A stretch of 64,000 nt of DNA, taken from positions 69,908 to 133,907 of the forward strand of contig CAZUAR010000003.1 in assembly GCA_964617845.1 (NCBI GenBank), in the 5' to 3' direction. The stretch is from an uncultured Kofleriaceae bacterium (GTDB taxonomy: Bacteria; Myxococcota_A; Polyangia; Haliangiales; Haliangiaceae). This document shows, one piece after another, positions 42,000-54,913 of the stretch (position 1 is its first letter; every line of letters begins with the position of its first letter). A program made the translations under genes and the position numbers. The notes below the pieces were generated by a model. It worked only from the letters and a program-made list of their open reading frames with translations, was not told where the DNA came from and did no database searches.

Positions 42000-42680
42000 C
42001 TATTCGCGGATGCCGCGCAGCACGAGCTCGACGAGCTCGGGAATAACGACCGATGCACGCGCACGCGAGACGTCGCGGCCGCGCAGGTGCGCGTAGAGGA
42101 TCGCTTCGGTCGCACCGATCACGGCCATCGCCGACACCTGCGGATCGACGTTGCGGATCAGCTTCTGCGCGCGCGCGGTCTCCGTGAGCGCGACGCCGCG
42201 CGCGGCGACCTGATCGGCGAACGCGTGCACCGCGGCGCGCGTGCCACCGGGCGGCGAGCGCGCTTCCTGGAGATAGAGCAGCACGCGAGAGGCGTGACGC
42301 GGGATCGCCTGCGAGAGCTCCATGCCGAGCTGCAGGTAGACCGCGGTCACCTGCGCGGGCTTCGCGCTTCGCAGCGCCGCTTCGCAGCGATCGAGCGCGC
42401 CGAGCGTGTCGGCGACCATCGGCTCGAGGATGCGGGCGACGAGCTCGGCCTTGTCCTCGACATAGCGGTAGAAGCTGCCCTTGGCCATGCCCGCGCGCGC
42501 GGCGATCTGGTCGATCGTGACCGCGGCGGTGCCCTCGGCGAGGAACAGGGCCAAGCCCGCCTCGCAGAGGCGATCGAGGTTCGCCTTGCGGTTGGTGTCA
42601 CGCGTGCCGCCCTCGGGCCCCGGTCGGTGCCGGGGCGTTTTCGGGGGCTTCAGTTTGGGGCTTGTCCTCGGTCGGGCCAC
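42000..42680 (-). CDS. TetR-family transcriptional regulator
   Basis: N-terminal HTH LFLAEGTAAVTIDQIAARAGMAKGSFYRYVEDKAELV. GTG start proposed at 42680; the upstream part of the ORF track extends antisense into the next gene. Confidence 0.8.
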   Translation of the reverse strand: MARPRTSPKLKPPKTPRHRPGPEGGTRDTNRKANLDRLCEAGLALFLAEGTAAVTIDQIAARAGMAKGSFYRYVEDKAELVARILEPMVADTLGALDRCEAALRSAKPAQVTAVYLQLGMELSQAIPRHASRVLLYLQEARSPPGGTRAAVHAFADQVAARGVALTETARAQKLIRNVDPQVSAMAVIGATEAILYAHLRGRDVSRARASVVIPELVELVLRGIRE

Positions 42681-42691
42681 GGAGTAATAAT

Positions 42692-42707
42692 GTGACCAAC
42701 TAGTCAC
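42692..42707. promoter_or_regulatory. inverted repeat GTGAC-caacta-GTCAC, candidate TetR operator
   Basis: Seen directly in the 45-bp divergent intergenic region, 19 bp upstream of the hydroxylase ATG. Confidence 0.45.
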
Positions 42708-42725
42708 GATTTTCAAGAGGTCGCC

Positions 42726-43271
42726 ATGCTCGGAATTCCCATCGGTCTCGTTGTCGCCAATGCCACGGAGTGGGCCTTTCACAAGTACGTGGAGCACGGG
42801 CTCGGGCTCGATCGAAAGAGCTTCTGGGCGTTCCACTGGCACGACCATCATCGGAATGCGCGACGCAACGGCAACGTCGACGCGGACTACAAGGAGCCGC
42901 TTCGCAAGTGGAACGGCCAGAGCAAGGAGGTGCTCGCCCTCACGCTCACCGGCGTCGCGCTGATGCCGCTCGCGCCGATCGCGCCGTTCTTCGTGGGCAC
43001 GATGATCTACTCGGGCATCAAGTACTACCGCGTGCACAAGCGCGCGCACCTCGATCCCGCGTGGGCGCGCGAGCACCTGCCGTGGCACTACGATCACCAC
43101 ATGGGGCCGAACCAGCACGCGAACTGGTGCGTGACGCACCCGTGGTTCGACGAGCTCATGGGCACGCGCGAGCCGTACGTCGGCACGGAGCGCGAGCAAC
43201 GCGACCGTGCGAAGCGCGAGCAGCGCGCGGCGAACGCGGACACGCCGGAGCCGGTGGCGGCGCACGGCTGA
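42726..43271 (+). CDS. fatty acid hydroxylase / sterol desaturase-superfamily membrane protein
   Basis: Three histidine boxes HKYVEH, HWHDHH, HYDHH plus hydrophobic segments. 181 aa. Confidence 0.75.
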   Translation: MLGIPIGLVVANATEWAFHKYVEHGLGLDRKSFWAFHWHDHHRNARRNGNVDADYKEPLRKWNGQSKEVLALTLTGVALMPLAPIAPFFVGTMIYSGIKYYRVHKRAHLDPAWAREHLPWHYDHHMGPNQHANWCVTHPWFDELMGTREPYVGTEREQRDRAKREQRAANADTPEPVAAHG

Positions 43272-43460
43272 TCGCGCGGGCCGCGACGCCTGCGGAGATC
43301 GTTTCCGAGGACGCACCAGTCAGGCGATTCACAGCGCTCGTGCGCCTCGCGAGATTATTCCGCCAGAAGCGCGTTCCTCGACGCGCCAATTGATCGTTCC
43401 GACGCGCCACGCGCTCGAATCGAGTTGACCTCCTCCGACGGGATTCACTACAACCCGCGC

Positions 43461-44048
43461 ATGATCGCTCGCTCGGTGGTGTTCGCTGTCGTGCTCGTCG
43501 GTTGTGCCGCGCAGGATCAACAGGTCACGCCGAACTGGGCCGCTGCGCCACCGCCGCCGTACGGATACGGCACGCCGCAGCTGCCGCCCGCGGGCGCGCC
43601 GCCGCCGCCGTACGGTTATCCGCAGCCGGAGGTCTACGAGACGAGCGGCGTCTACCTCTCCGCGGGCGTGACCGCGAGCGCGGGCACGTATCCCGCGACG
43701 CCCGTGTATGAGGGTCACCCGGCGTCGAGCTGCAAGCTCGGTTCGGATGGTCGTCGAGCGTGCGGCTACGACTGCAAGCTCGGCTCCGACGGTGTCGCCG
43801 CGTGCGCGAGCGATCCGGGCGGCGCGTGCGCCCTCGGCGCGGATGGTCGCGTGTATTGCTCCGAGGGTCGCTCGCGCCGCGGTCATCGGCGCCACAGCGG
43901 CGCAAAGGCCGAGTGCAAGCTCAACTCGGACGGCACGCAGACGTGCGGGCACGGCTGCAAGCTCGGAAGCCGTGGACGCTGGTACTGCGCATCGGAGCCC
44001 GGCGGCACGTGCGGCTTGAACAGCGACGGCACGTACACCTGCTCCTGA
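43461..44048 (+). CDS. Cys-repeat lipoprotein (CKLGSDG-type repeats)
   Basis: MIARSVVFAVVLVGCA lipobox. The N-terminal PPPYGYP repeats are followed by six CKLGSDGxxACG-like cysteine repeats. Confidence 0.55.
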   Translation: MIARSVVFAVVLVGCAAQDQQVTPNWAAAPPPPYGYGTPQLPPAGAPPPPYGYPQPEVYETSGVYLSAGVTASAGTYPATPVYEGHPASSCKLGSDGRRACGYDCKLGSDGVAACASDPGGACALGADGRVYCSEGRSRRGHRRHSGAKAECKLNSDGTQTCGHGCKLGSRGRWYCASEPGGTCGLNSDGTYTCS

Positions 44049-44067
44049 GCGCGTCTACAATGCGCGC

Positions 44068-45864
44068 ATGAAGCGCACGTCGATCGCCGAGGGCCTCGCG
44101 CGGCTCGGCGTGCGCCGGTTGCTGCTCGCGATCCACGACGTGTCGTTTCCGTCGGATCTCGACGAGGACACGGGGCGTGGCTCGCCGGCGACCAAGGCGG
44201 CCGCGCGCCTGTTCGCGTACGCGAAGTCGCTCGGGTTCACCGGCATCCAGCTCGGCCCGCAAGGGCAGACGTCGCGATCGAACCCATCGCCGTACGACAG
44301 CACGATCTTCGGTCGGCACGTCGGCAACATCGCGATCCAGTCGTTGCGATCGGGTGGCGCGCTGGAGCGTCTCGTCTCCGAGGAGGACATCGATCGCGTC
44401 CTGGGGCTCGACCCACCGGTTCGCGATGTCACGAACGCGGATGCGTTGCTCGCGCGCGACGGCAGCGCGCGGGCCCGCCATCTCGCCGCTCACGACGCGA
44501 TGCACTCGCTCGTCGACCTCGCGTGGCGCGCGTTTCGCGACGGCGCTCGTCCCGATCTCGCCCGGCCGCTCCGTGACTTTCGCGCCACGAACGCGAGCTG
44601 GATCGAACGCGAAGCGCTCTATCTCGCGTTGTGCGCCGCGCACGATGGTCACGGCTTTCGCAGCTGGCCCGCCTACGAGCGTGACCTCTGGCTGCGCACA
44701 GACGCCGTCACCGATCTCGATCGCCGGCGATACGCCGACACGATCGATCGTCACGCCTTCGGTCAGTTCCTCGTGCACGAGGAGCACCGACGCGTGTGTG
44801 TCGAGGCCGAGCGCGTCGGCCTCGCGCTGTATGGCGACCTGCAGGTCGGCTACGCGGACGCGGACGCGTGGGCGTACGCGCCGGTGTTTCGACGCGACTA
44901 CGCGATGGGCGCGCCTCCGAGCCGCACGAACCCCGAGGGTCAACCGTGGGGCTATCCCGTGCTCGATCCCGCGCAGTACGGCGGCGCCGCGCGGGACCTC
45001 GTGATCGCGCGCGCCGAGAAGATGTTCGCCGAGTACGACAGCATCCGCATCGACCATCCGCACGGGCTGGTGTGCCCGTGGGTGTATCGCGCCGACGACC
45101 CGGATCCCGCGACGGCGGTGCGAGCGGGCGCGCGCCTGTTCGAGTCGCCCGACCTGGCGGACCACCCTGCCCTCGCGCAGCTCGCGATCGCGCGCGCCGA
45201 TCAGATCGATCGCGCGCAGCCGCGCTATGCGGACCGCTGGGTTCGCGCGCTCGATGCCGCGCAGGTCGAGCGCTACGCGACGCTGTTCGATGCGCTCGTC
45301 GAGTGCGCGCGTCGACACGGACGCGATGCGAGCGACCTGTCGTGCGAGGTGCTGTCGACGATGCCGACGCCGCTGGAGGCGGTGCTGGCACGGTACGACC
45401 TCGGGCGATGGCGCATCACGCAGAAGGCGAACCTCGACGACCCGAGCGACGTGTATCGCGCGGAGAACGCCCAGCGGCAGGACTGGGTCATGCTCGGCAA
45501 CCACGACACCGCGCCGATCTTCGCGCTGCTGAAGAGCTGGCCGGCGGCGAAGCGCGAGCAGTGGGCGCGGCACCTCGCGGCGCGACTGCGGTTGGAGCGC
45601 CCCGAGCGGCTGGCGAGCGACGGGTTCTTCGCGAGCGCGATGCTGGCCGAGCTGTTCGTGTCGCGCGCCCAGAACGTGTCGATCTTCTTCGCCGACCTGT
45701 TCGGCCTCGAGGAGCGCTTCAACGTGCCGGGGCTCGTCGACGAGGCGAACTGGTCGCTGCGGCTGCCGGCGGACTTCGACGTCATGTACGCGGAGCGGCG
45801 CGCGCGCGGAGCGGCGCTGGATCTCGAGCTCGCCGTCGAGCTCGCGCTCACAGCTTCCGGGTGA
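44068..45864 (+). CDS. malQ: 4-alpha-glucanotransferase (amylomaltase, GH77)
   Basis: 598 aa. GH77 signatures FTGIQLGPQG, IRIDHPHGLV, DWVMLGNHDT. Convergent with the glg operon, overlapping it by 17 bp. Confidence 0.88.
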   Translation: MKRTSIAEGLARLGVRRLLLAIHDVSFPSDLDEDTGRGSPATKAAARLFAYAKSLGFTGIQLGPQGQTSRSNPSPYDSTIFGRHVGNIAIQSLRSGGALERLVSEEDIDRVLGLDPPVRDVTNADALLARDGSARARHLAAHDAMHSLVDLAWRAFRDGARPDLARPLRDFRATNASWIEREALYLALCAAHDGHGFRSWPAYERDLWLRTDAVTDLDRRRYADTIDRHAFGQFLVHEEHRRVCVEAERVGLALYGDLQVGYADADAWAYAPVFRRDYAMGAPPSRTNPEGQPWGYPVLDPAQYGGAARDLVIARAEKMFAEYDSIRIDHPHGLVCPWVYRADDPDPATAVRAGARLFESPDLADHPALAQLAIARADQIDRAQPRYADRWVRALDAAQVERYATLFDALVECARRHGRDASDLSCEVLSTMPTPLEAVLARYDLGRWRITQKANLDDPSDVYRAENAQRQDWVMLGNHDTAPIFALLKSWPAAKREQWARHLAARLRLERPERLASDGFFASAMLAELFVSRAQNVSIFFADLFGLEERFNVPGLVDEANWSLRLPADFDVMYAERRARGAALDLELAVELALTASG

Positions 45865-46485
45865 GCTCGGCGATCGACGAGAACACCGCGGTGCAGCCCG
45901 CGAGCTCCCTCGTGGTCCAGCCGCCGCTCGTGACGCCGATGCACGCGATGCCGGCGCGGCGAGCGGCCTGGACGTCGTAGGGCGTGTCTCCGACCATCAC
46001 GGCGCCGTCGGTCGGTGCGCCGAGCTTGGTCAGCGCGGCCTCGATGATCTCGGGATCGGGCTTGCTCTCGTCGACGTCGCTCGAGCTCGTGCGAACGGTG
46101 ACGAGATCCTTGATGCCTGCGATGCCGAGCAGCGGCTCGAGCTCCTCGTCCTTCGCAGCGCTGGCGATCGCGTAGGCGTGGCCGCGCTCGCGGAGGGCGA
46201 GCAGGAGCTCGCGTGCGCCGGGGATGGGCCGAACGCGCGAGACGTACGTGTCGAGGAACCGCCGGCCGCGCTCCTCGCCGATCGCCTTGTTCTGCGCGGA
46301 CCCGCGCGCGATGCCCGTCAGCTCCTCGATCAAGCGGTCACCGCCCATGCCGATGTACGGCCGTACGCGGGCGGGCTCGATCGCGTGGCCGTGGGCGGTC
46401 AGCACCTCGGACCACGCGGCGGCGTGGACGTCGTTGCTGTCGACGAGCGTCCCGTCGACGTCGATCAGGTACGTGCGAAACTCGA

Positions 46486-46489
<4 letters not shown>
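45848..46489 (-). CDS. HAD-superfamily hydrolase (phosphatase/beta-phosphoglucomutase-like)
   Basis: N-terminal LIDVDGTLVDS is HAD motif I. The C-terminal VMVGDTPYDVQAARRAG is motif IV. The ATG overlaps the glgB stop (ATGA). Confidence 0.8.
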
Positions 46490-48356
<1,867 letters not shown>

Positions 48357-48360
<4 letters not shown>

Positions 48361-51300
48361 GCACCGCCCGCCATCAGCTCGAGGAGCCCGCGCAGCGGGA
48401 TCTCGACCCAGTCCGGTCGATTGTTGAGCTCGTACCCGATCTCGTAGATGCACTTCTCGAGGAGGAAGAACTCGAGGAGCAGCGCGAGGTCGGAGTCCGT
48501 GCGCGGCAGGAGTCGCGTGCCCTGCGCCTTCTCGAGGTAGCCGCCGAGGAACGAGGCCGTGACCCAGTGCGTCCACGCATGTGCCCACGGCTCCATGCGG
48601 GGGATGTCCTCGGGACGCTGGCTGCTGCGCAGCGCCGCTGCACTCGCGTAGCGCAGCGACCGCAGCATGCCGCTCACGTCGCGCAGCGGCTGGCGCTTCA
48701 CGCGGCGCTGCGACAGCGGTCGGCCCGGCTCTCCCTCGAAGTCGATGATCTTGAAGTCCTCGCCGGTCCACAGCACCTGAGCGAGGTGATAGTCACCGTG
48801 CGAACGAATGCGCGTGCCGTCGATGCGGCGCTTCGTGATCCGTCCGAACACGCCGTCGAGCTCTCCCTCGCGGGCCAGCACTTGCTCCGCGAGCGCTCGT
48901 TGCTCGGGCGTCATGTCGCGCAGACGCGCGCGCACGAGGTCGAACGTACGTGCCGTGTGCGCGATCACCGAGCCGTACATCGACTGCTGATGCATGATGT
49001 CGTACGGATCGGGCGCGAACAGCGGATCGTCCGGCGGCGCGTCGACGAACTGCCGGTGGAGCTCGGCGGTGCGCACGCCGAGGAGGCGCACGCGGTCGAG
49101 GAACGGTCCGATCCAGTCGACGACCATGTCCGACGGCGGCCGGCGCGCGCGCTCGAGCAACGAGCCCGACTCGATGGGCGGGACCTCCGGACGCTTCGCG
49201 TCGGCGAGCACGCGATCGAAGAACCGGCCGAGCGAGTCGAGCGCGAGCTGCCAGGCATCGCCCTGATTGGGGACATACTCGAACAGCGTACCGAGCGTGC
49301 TCGGCTCGCGATCCGGCTGCGAGTACTCGATCGATCCCGCGATCCGCGGCACGCCGCGATAGCTCGGATCGTGCGTCGCGAGGTAGCGCCCCATCTCGAG
49401 CTCCGCGTTCGGTCCCTCCTCGATCACGCGGAACAGCTTGAGCATGAAGCGGTCGCCGTACACGACACCGCTGTTGCTCTGATCGGCCGAGGTCGCGCGC
49501 GGAACGAGCGCCGACTCGGAGTCGACCTCGCGCAGCGCAGCGAACGCGTCGCCGCTCAGGCGTCCGTGCTCGCCGGTGCCGCGGAAGCCACCGGCCATCG
49601 CTCGCATCAGCTTGGTGTTGAATGCCTCCGAGCACAGCGCGTCGTACAGCACACCGCCGACGATGCCGCGATCCGGTACGTCCGTCACCTCGACCCGCGC
49701 GATCACCATCGAGGGCACGCGCGTCGTCTCCGCCGGATCGGAATCCTCTCCCCACGCGAGCGGCAGGACGTACGTCTCCGCGGGGCCGTGATCGTACTCG
49801 ACGTGAAGCAGCGCGATCGCGAACCGATGTGGCCCCTCGAACGAGATCACGTCCCTGACCGCCACGTGCTTGCGCTTGCGCGCCTTCCCGCGGAACCAGC
49901 GGCGTTGCATCGCGTACGCGAGGAGCACACTCGCGAGCTCCTTGCGCCGCGACGGCGCGAGCACCTCGTTCCACGTCGTCTTCGCGCGCAGTGGAGGTCG
50001 CTCTGCCGCGGTCTCCGTCTGGTGCGCTCGCACGAGCTGCAGCCAGTAGAAGTCGTGCGGACCGAGCGAGATGAAGTACGGCGCGTCGGTGATCTCCGGG
50101 AAGGTCATGCGACCGAACAGCTCCGTCGGGACTGCTCCCTTGAGCTGCTCGAGGTTGAGTCGCGCGCACTGCACGAACCGCGACAGGTTCGCGAGCACGA
50201 GCACGGCTTCACCCTCGTACTCGCGCACGAACGCGAGCACGCGCGGATTGTCGCCCGTCATGAACTCGATGCTGCCGCGCCCGAACAGGCGGTGCTCCTT
50301 GCGCTTCGCGATCAGGCGCTTCGTCCACCACAACAGCGACGACGGGTTCGCCTGCTGCGCTTCGACGTTGATCGCCTCGTAGTGATACTCGGGATCGATG
50401 ATCGTCGGCAGATACAGCTTCTGCGGGTTCGCGCGAGAGAAGCCGCCGTTGCGATCGCTCGACCATTGCATCGGCGTGCGCACGCCGTCGCGATCGCCGA
50501 GGTACACGTTGTCGCCCATCCCGATCTCGTCGCCGTAGTAGAGGACCGGCGTCCCGGGGAGCGAGACGAGCAGCGCGTTCATCAGCTCGATCTTGCGGCG
50601 CACGCCGAGGAGCGGCGCGAGCCGGCGGCGGATGCCGAGGTTGACGCGCGCGGCGCGCTCGGCCGCGTAGCCGCGGTACATCATGTCGCGATCGTCCTCC
50701 GTGACCATCTCCAGCGTGAGCTCGTCGTGGTTGCGCAAGAACGTCGCCCACTGACAGGTCTCGGGGATCTGCGGCGTGCGCTTGAGGATGTTGACGATCG
50801 GGAAGCTGTCCTCGGTCTCGAGCGCCATGAACATCCGCGGCATCAGCGGGAAGTGGAAGTTCATGTGGCACTCGTCGCCTTCACCGAAGTACGCGGCGGC
50901 GTCGGCGGGCCACTGGTTCGCCTCGGCGAGGAGCATGCGGTTCTTGAACTTGCCGTCGATGTACGCGCGCAGCTTCTTCAGGAAGTCGTGCGTCTCGGGC
51001 AGGTTCTCGCAGCTCGTGCCCTCGCGCTCGTAGAGGTAAGGCACGGCATCGAGGCGAACACCGTCGACGCCCATCTCCATCCAGAAGTCGATCACGCGAA
51101 ACAGCGCCTCGTGCACCGCCGGGTTCTCGAAGTTGAGATCGGGCTGATGCGTGTAGAAGCGGTGCCAGTAGTACGCCTTCGCGACCGGGTCCCACGCCCA
51201 GTTCGAGGTCTCGTAGTCCTGGAAGATGATGCGCGTGTCTTCGTAGCGTGCGGGCGTATCGCTCCACACGTAGAAGTCGCGCTGCGGGCTGCCCGGCGGA

Positions 51301-51674
51301 GCGCGTCGCGCCGCCTGAAACCACGGGTGCTCCGACGACGTGTGATTGAGAACGAGCTCGGTGATCACGCGGAGGCCGCGGCGATGCGCCTCGTCGAGCA
51401 GCTCGCGGATGTCATCGCGCGTCCCGTAGTGGGGATGGACGTTCGTGTAGTCCGCGATGTCGTAGCCGCCGTCCTTGAGCGGTGACGGATAGAACGGCAA
51501 CAGCCAGATCGCCGTGATGCCGAGGTCGCACAGATAATCGAGGCGGCTGATCAGGCCCCTGATGTCGCCGATGCCGTCGTTCGTGGAGTCCTGGAACGCG
51601 CGGATGTGGATCTCGTAGATGATCGCGTCCTTGAACCAGAGCGGATCATCCGGAAGCATGGGTGTTTCGTTCAT
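48357..51674 (-). CDS. treS: trehalose synthase fused to maltokinase (TreS-Pep2/Mak)
   Basis: The N-terminal GH13 TreS region (WFKDAIIYEIHIRAFQDS, GVDGVRLDAVPYL, FLRNHDELTLEMVT) is followed by a C-terminal maltokinase region (HGDYHLAQVLWTGEDFKIIDFEGEP). About 1105 aa. Confidence 0.9.
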
Positions 51675-53623
51675 AGGAAGTACTCGAACTGGTTCTCGCT
51701 GCGGAGGAAGCGCCGCACCTCGAACAGGTGTGCAGGGGTTTGGTCGGGGGCGAGCTCGATGAAGCTGCGAGCTCCGCGCCACGCGTAATGCGCGCCGCCG
51801 AGGAGATCATGTACCTGAAAGCCCTCGTCGGGGCCGATTCCGAGCGCGACAAGATCGAGCGTGAGCCACGCGCGGTGCGTGTGGTGCGGGTCGAGGTTCA
51901 CGACGACGAGGATCGTGTCCTCGCCCGCGCGCTTCGAGTAGCAGAGGACGAAGTCGTTGTCGGTCTCGTGGAAGCGCAGCTCGTGTCCTTGCAGGGCCGG
52001 GTGCGCGCGGCGGATCTGGTTCGTGCGCGCGATCAAGTGGCGCAGCGATCCCTCGTCGTCGAGGTTCCACGCGCGGATCTGGTACTTCTCGTTGCGCGCG
52101 AGCTCCTCGACGCCGGCGCGCGGAACCGCCTCGCACAGCTCGTACGACGGACCGTAGATGCCGTAGCTCGCCGACATCGTCGCCGCCAGCACGAAGCGGA
52201 GCGCGAACGCAGGGCGCCCCCCGTGCACGAGGTGCTCGGGGAAGATGTCCGGAGTCGTCGGCCAGAAGTTCGGGCGGAAGAAGTCGGTGACCTCGGCGAG
52301 CTCGCTCGCGTAGTGCTGCAGCTCGTACTTCGACACGCGCCACGTGAAGTACGTGTACGACTGCGAGAAGCCCGACTTGGCGAGCGCGTACATGAGCTTC
52401 GGTCGCGTGAACGCCTCGGACAGAAAGATCGCGTCGGGGAAGCGATCGTGGATCTCGCGCAGGCACCACTCCCAGAACGGAATGGGCTTGGTGTGCGGAT
52501 TGTCGACGCGAAACGCGCGCACGCCGTGCTCGCACCAGAACAGGAATACGTCGCGCAGCGCGGCCCACAGGGCCTCGCGATCGGCCGTGTCGAAGTCGAA
52601 GGGATAGACGTCCTGGTACTTCTTCGGCGGATTCTCGGCGTACTGGATCGTCCCGTCGGGGCGCTGCTTGAACCAGCTCGGGTGATCCTTGACCCACGGG
52701 TGATCGGGCGACGCCTGGAACGCGATGTCGAGCGCGATCTCGAGACCGTGCGCGCGCGCCGCGGCGACGAGGTGATCGAAGTCGGCGATCGTCCCGAGCG
52801 CGGGATGCACCGCGGTGTGACCGCCCGTGCGATCGCCGACGGCCCACGGGCTGCCCGGATCATCCGGCCCCGCCGTCGGCGAGTTGTCGGGGCCCTTGCG
52901 GAACGCGTGGCCGATCGGATGGATCGGCGGCAGGTAGAGGATGTCGAAACCGAGCTCGCGCACGTACGGCAGGCGCGCCTCGACATCGCGCAAGGTCCCG
53001 TGCGTGCCATCGCCGCGCGCCGAGCGCGGGAACAGCTCGTACCACGCCGAGCACACCGCGAGCGGACGCTCGACGAGCACCTCGAGGTCGTGCCGATAGC
53101 GCGCCGCCGCGGAGCGATCGGGAGCGAGCGCCATCAGCGCCGCGAGCTCGGGCGAGAGCGCGATCGCCGCCCGATCCGCGGGCGACTCGGAGCCGCGCAA
53201 CCTCGCCGCGTGGGCGCGCAGCGCCGGATCGCCGCCTCGTGCGAGCGCTTCGTCGACGAGGATCGCGCCTTCGAGGAGCTCGACGCGAACGTCGACGCCG
53301 GCGGCGAGCTTGCGCTCGAGGCCACGCTTCCAGGTCGCGAACGCGTCGACCCACGCGATCGCCGTGAACCGATGGCGGCCGAGTTGCGCGAGCGCGACCT
53401 CGGCCCGCCACGCGTCGTTGCCGGCGTGGACCAGCTCGAGCTCGCGCCACGCCGCCCCCGGTGCTTGTACGAGCGCCATCGCGCGGAGCACGTCATGCCC
53501 GTCGGTGACGATGTCCGCCTCGATCGCGAGGGTCTCGCCGAGGACCCGCTTCGCGGGATAGCGACCACCGTCGACCTCCGGCCGGACCGCGAGGACGACT
53601 GCGCGCGGGCTGCTTCCGGACAT
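51671..53623 (-). CDS. glgE: alpha-1,4-glucan:maltose-1-phosphate maltosyltransferase GlgE
   Basis: 650 aa. The N-terminal domain (DVLRAMALVQ ... AWYELFPRS) and the GH13_3 core (AFRVDNPHTKPIPFWEW, FFRPNFWPTTPDI) are present. First gene of the operon. Confidence 0.9.
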   Translation of the reverse strand: MSGSSPRAVVLAVRPEVDGGRYPAKRVLGETLAIEADIVTDGHDVLRAMALVQAPGAAWRELELVHAGNDAWRAEVALAQLGRHRFTAIAWVDAFATWKRGLERKLAAGVDVRVELLEGAILVDEALARGGDPALRAHAARLRGSESPADRAAIALSPELAALMALAPDRSAAARYRHDLEVLVERPLAVCSAWYELFPRSARGDGTHGTLRDVEARLPYVRELGFDILYLPPIHPIGHAFRKGPDNSPTAGPDDPGSPWAVGDRTGGHTAVHPALGTIADFDHLVAAARAHGLEIALDIAFQASPDHPWVKDHPSWFKQRPDGTIQYAENPPKKYQDVYPFDFDTADREALWAALRDVFLFWCEHGVRAFRVDNPHTKPIPFWEWCLREIHDRFPDAIFLSEAFTRPKLMYALAKSGFSQSYTYFTWRVSKYELQHYASELAEVTDFFRPNFWPTTPDIFPEHLVHGGRPAFALRFVLAATMSASYGIYGPSYELCEAVPRAGVEELARNEKYQIRAWNLDDEGSLRHLIARTNQIRRAHPALQGHELRFHETDNDFVLCYSKRAGEDTILVVVNLDPHHTHRAWLTLDLVALGIGPDEGFQVHDLLGGAHYAWRGARSFIELAPDQTPAHLFEVRRFLRSENQFEYFL

Positions 53624-53710
53624 GCGGAACTCTAACGCCGATGAGGGGTTCGCTCGTCGATTGATCGCCGCCTTACGAGTGCCTCACATACGGGATTGGT
53701 AGGTTCGGCC

Positions 53711-54853
53711 ATGCCCGCGAAGTGGACCCTCGAGGAGCTGACGCCCGGCCGCACGGTCGAGGCGACGTTCTTCCCGAACACCCTCGAAGACTCGGAGTTC
53801 AAGTTCCGCGCGACGCACCTCGACGGCCGCCGCGCTCCCAAGGTCGTGCTCTCGAACGACGAGCGGATCGTCGCCGGCATCCCGTGCATCGTGCGCATCG
53901 TCGCCGTGCACAAGCCCGATCGCGAGGACCGCGGCCGCATCGAGGTCGAGTACACGGGCCGCGCACCGTTCCGGATCGAGGGCGTGTACCTCGACCCGAT
54001 CGTCTCGAAGAAGCTGCAGGTCCTGCTCGAGAGCGGACTCAACATCCTGCTCGACGGGCCCCAGGGCTGTGGCAAGACGGTGCTCGCGCGCTCGATCGCC
54101 GAGAGCCTCGGCATGGTGTTCGTGTTCTTCAACTGCGGCGCCGTCGTCGAGGCGAGCGACTTCTTCGTGTCGATCCAGGTCCGCGCATCGGCATCGGGCT
54201 CCCCGGTCACGGACTTCGTGAAGACCGACATCCTCACGGCGCTCGAAGAAGCGGCGGAGAATCCGGAGCGCCGCTACCTCGTGTTCCTCGACGAGCTGAA
54301 CCGCTGCCAGGAGAGCGCGCGCAACGCACTCATGCCGGCGCTCGACGCCACGCGCCGCGTGTTCCATCCGATCGAGAACACGTTCATCCCGATCCCGGAC
54401 AACGTGCAGTTCATCGCCGCCGTCAATCGCGGTCGCGAGTTCACGGGCACGTTCGGCATCGATGCCGCGCAGCTCGATCGCTTCGCGCCGCTCCAGATGG
54501 ACTATCCGCCGCCCAAGGCCGAGCTCGACATCCTCACCAAGCGTCATCCCTCGATCGCGGCGATCAACATCGAGACGATCATCGAGGTCGCCGACGCGAT
54601 CCGCAACGCGCCCGACTTGCCGGGCAGCCTGAGCGTGCGCGCGACCGACGAGGCCTGCGTGTACCTCGAGCACCCGCTGTTCGCCGACGACGGCAAGCGC
54701 TCGCTCCCCGAGATCCTGAAGACGTCGTTCTGCGGGCGGTTCCCCGGTCGCTGGGATGACGTCACCACGGACGCGGGTGCCGTCTGGGCCCTCGTCCGCA
54801 AGACACTCGCGGCCCGTAAGGTGCCAGTCCCCGACGACGACAACGCGAAATAG
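53711..54853 (+). CDS. MoxR-like AAA+ ATPase with an about 100-aa N-terminal extension
   Basis: Walker A LLDGPQGCGKT, Walker B YLVFLDELNRC, sensor/arginine-finger region and the AAA_5-type lid. A preceding about 100-aa beta-rich domain (TFFPNTLEDSEFKFRATHLDG...RIEVEYTGRAPFRIEGV) has no recognised family. ATG at 53711. Confidence 0.8.
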   Translation: MPAKWTLEELTPGRTVEATFFPNTLEDSEFKFRATHLDGRRAPKVVLSNDERIVAGIPCIVRIVAVHKPDREDRGRIEVEYTGRAPFRIEGVYLDPIVSKKLQVLLESGLNILLDGPQGCGKTVLARSIAESLGMVFVFFNCGAVVEASDFFVSIQVRASASGSPVTDFVKTDILTALEEAAENPERRYLVFLDELNRCQESARNALMPALDATRRVFHPIENTFIPIPDNVQFIAAVNRGREFTGTFGIDAAQLDRFAPLQMDYPPPKAELDILTKRHPSIAAINIETIIEVADAIRNAPDLPGSLSVRATDEACVYLEHPLFADDGKRSLPEILKTSFCGRFPGRWDDVTTDAGAVWALVRKTLAARKVPVPDDDNAK

Positions 54854-54913
54854 CGACATGTGGGCGTGCGGCCGGCGGTTGCGCTGTCCACGCGAACCGG
54901 CGATCCTGGCTCC

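Noticed and set aside
48567-51485. 972-aa plus-strand ORF
   Set aside because: Antisense to treS-pep2.
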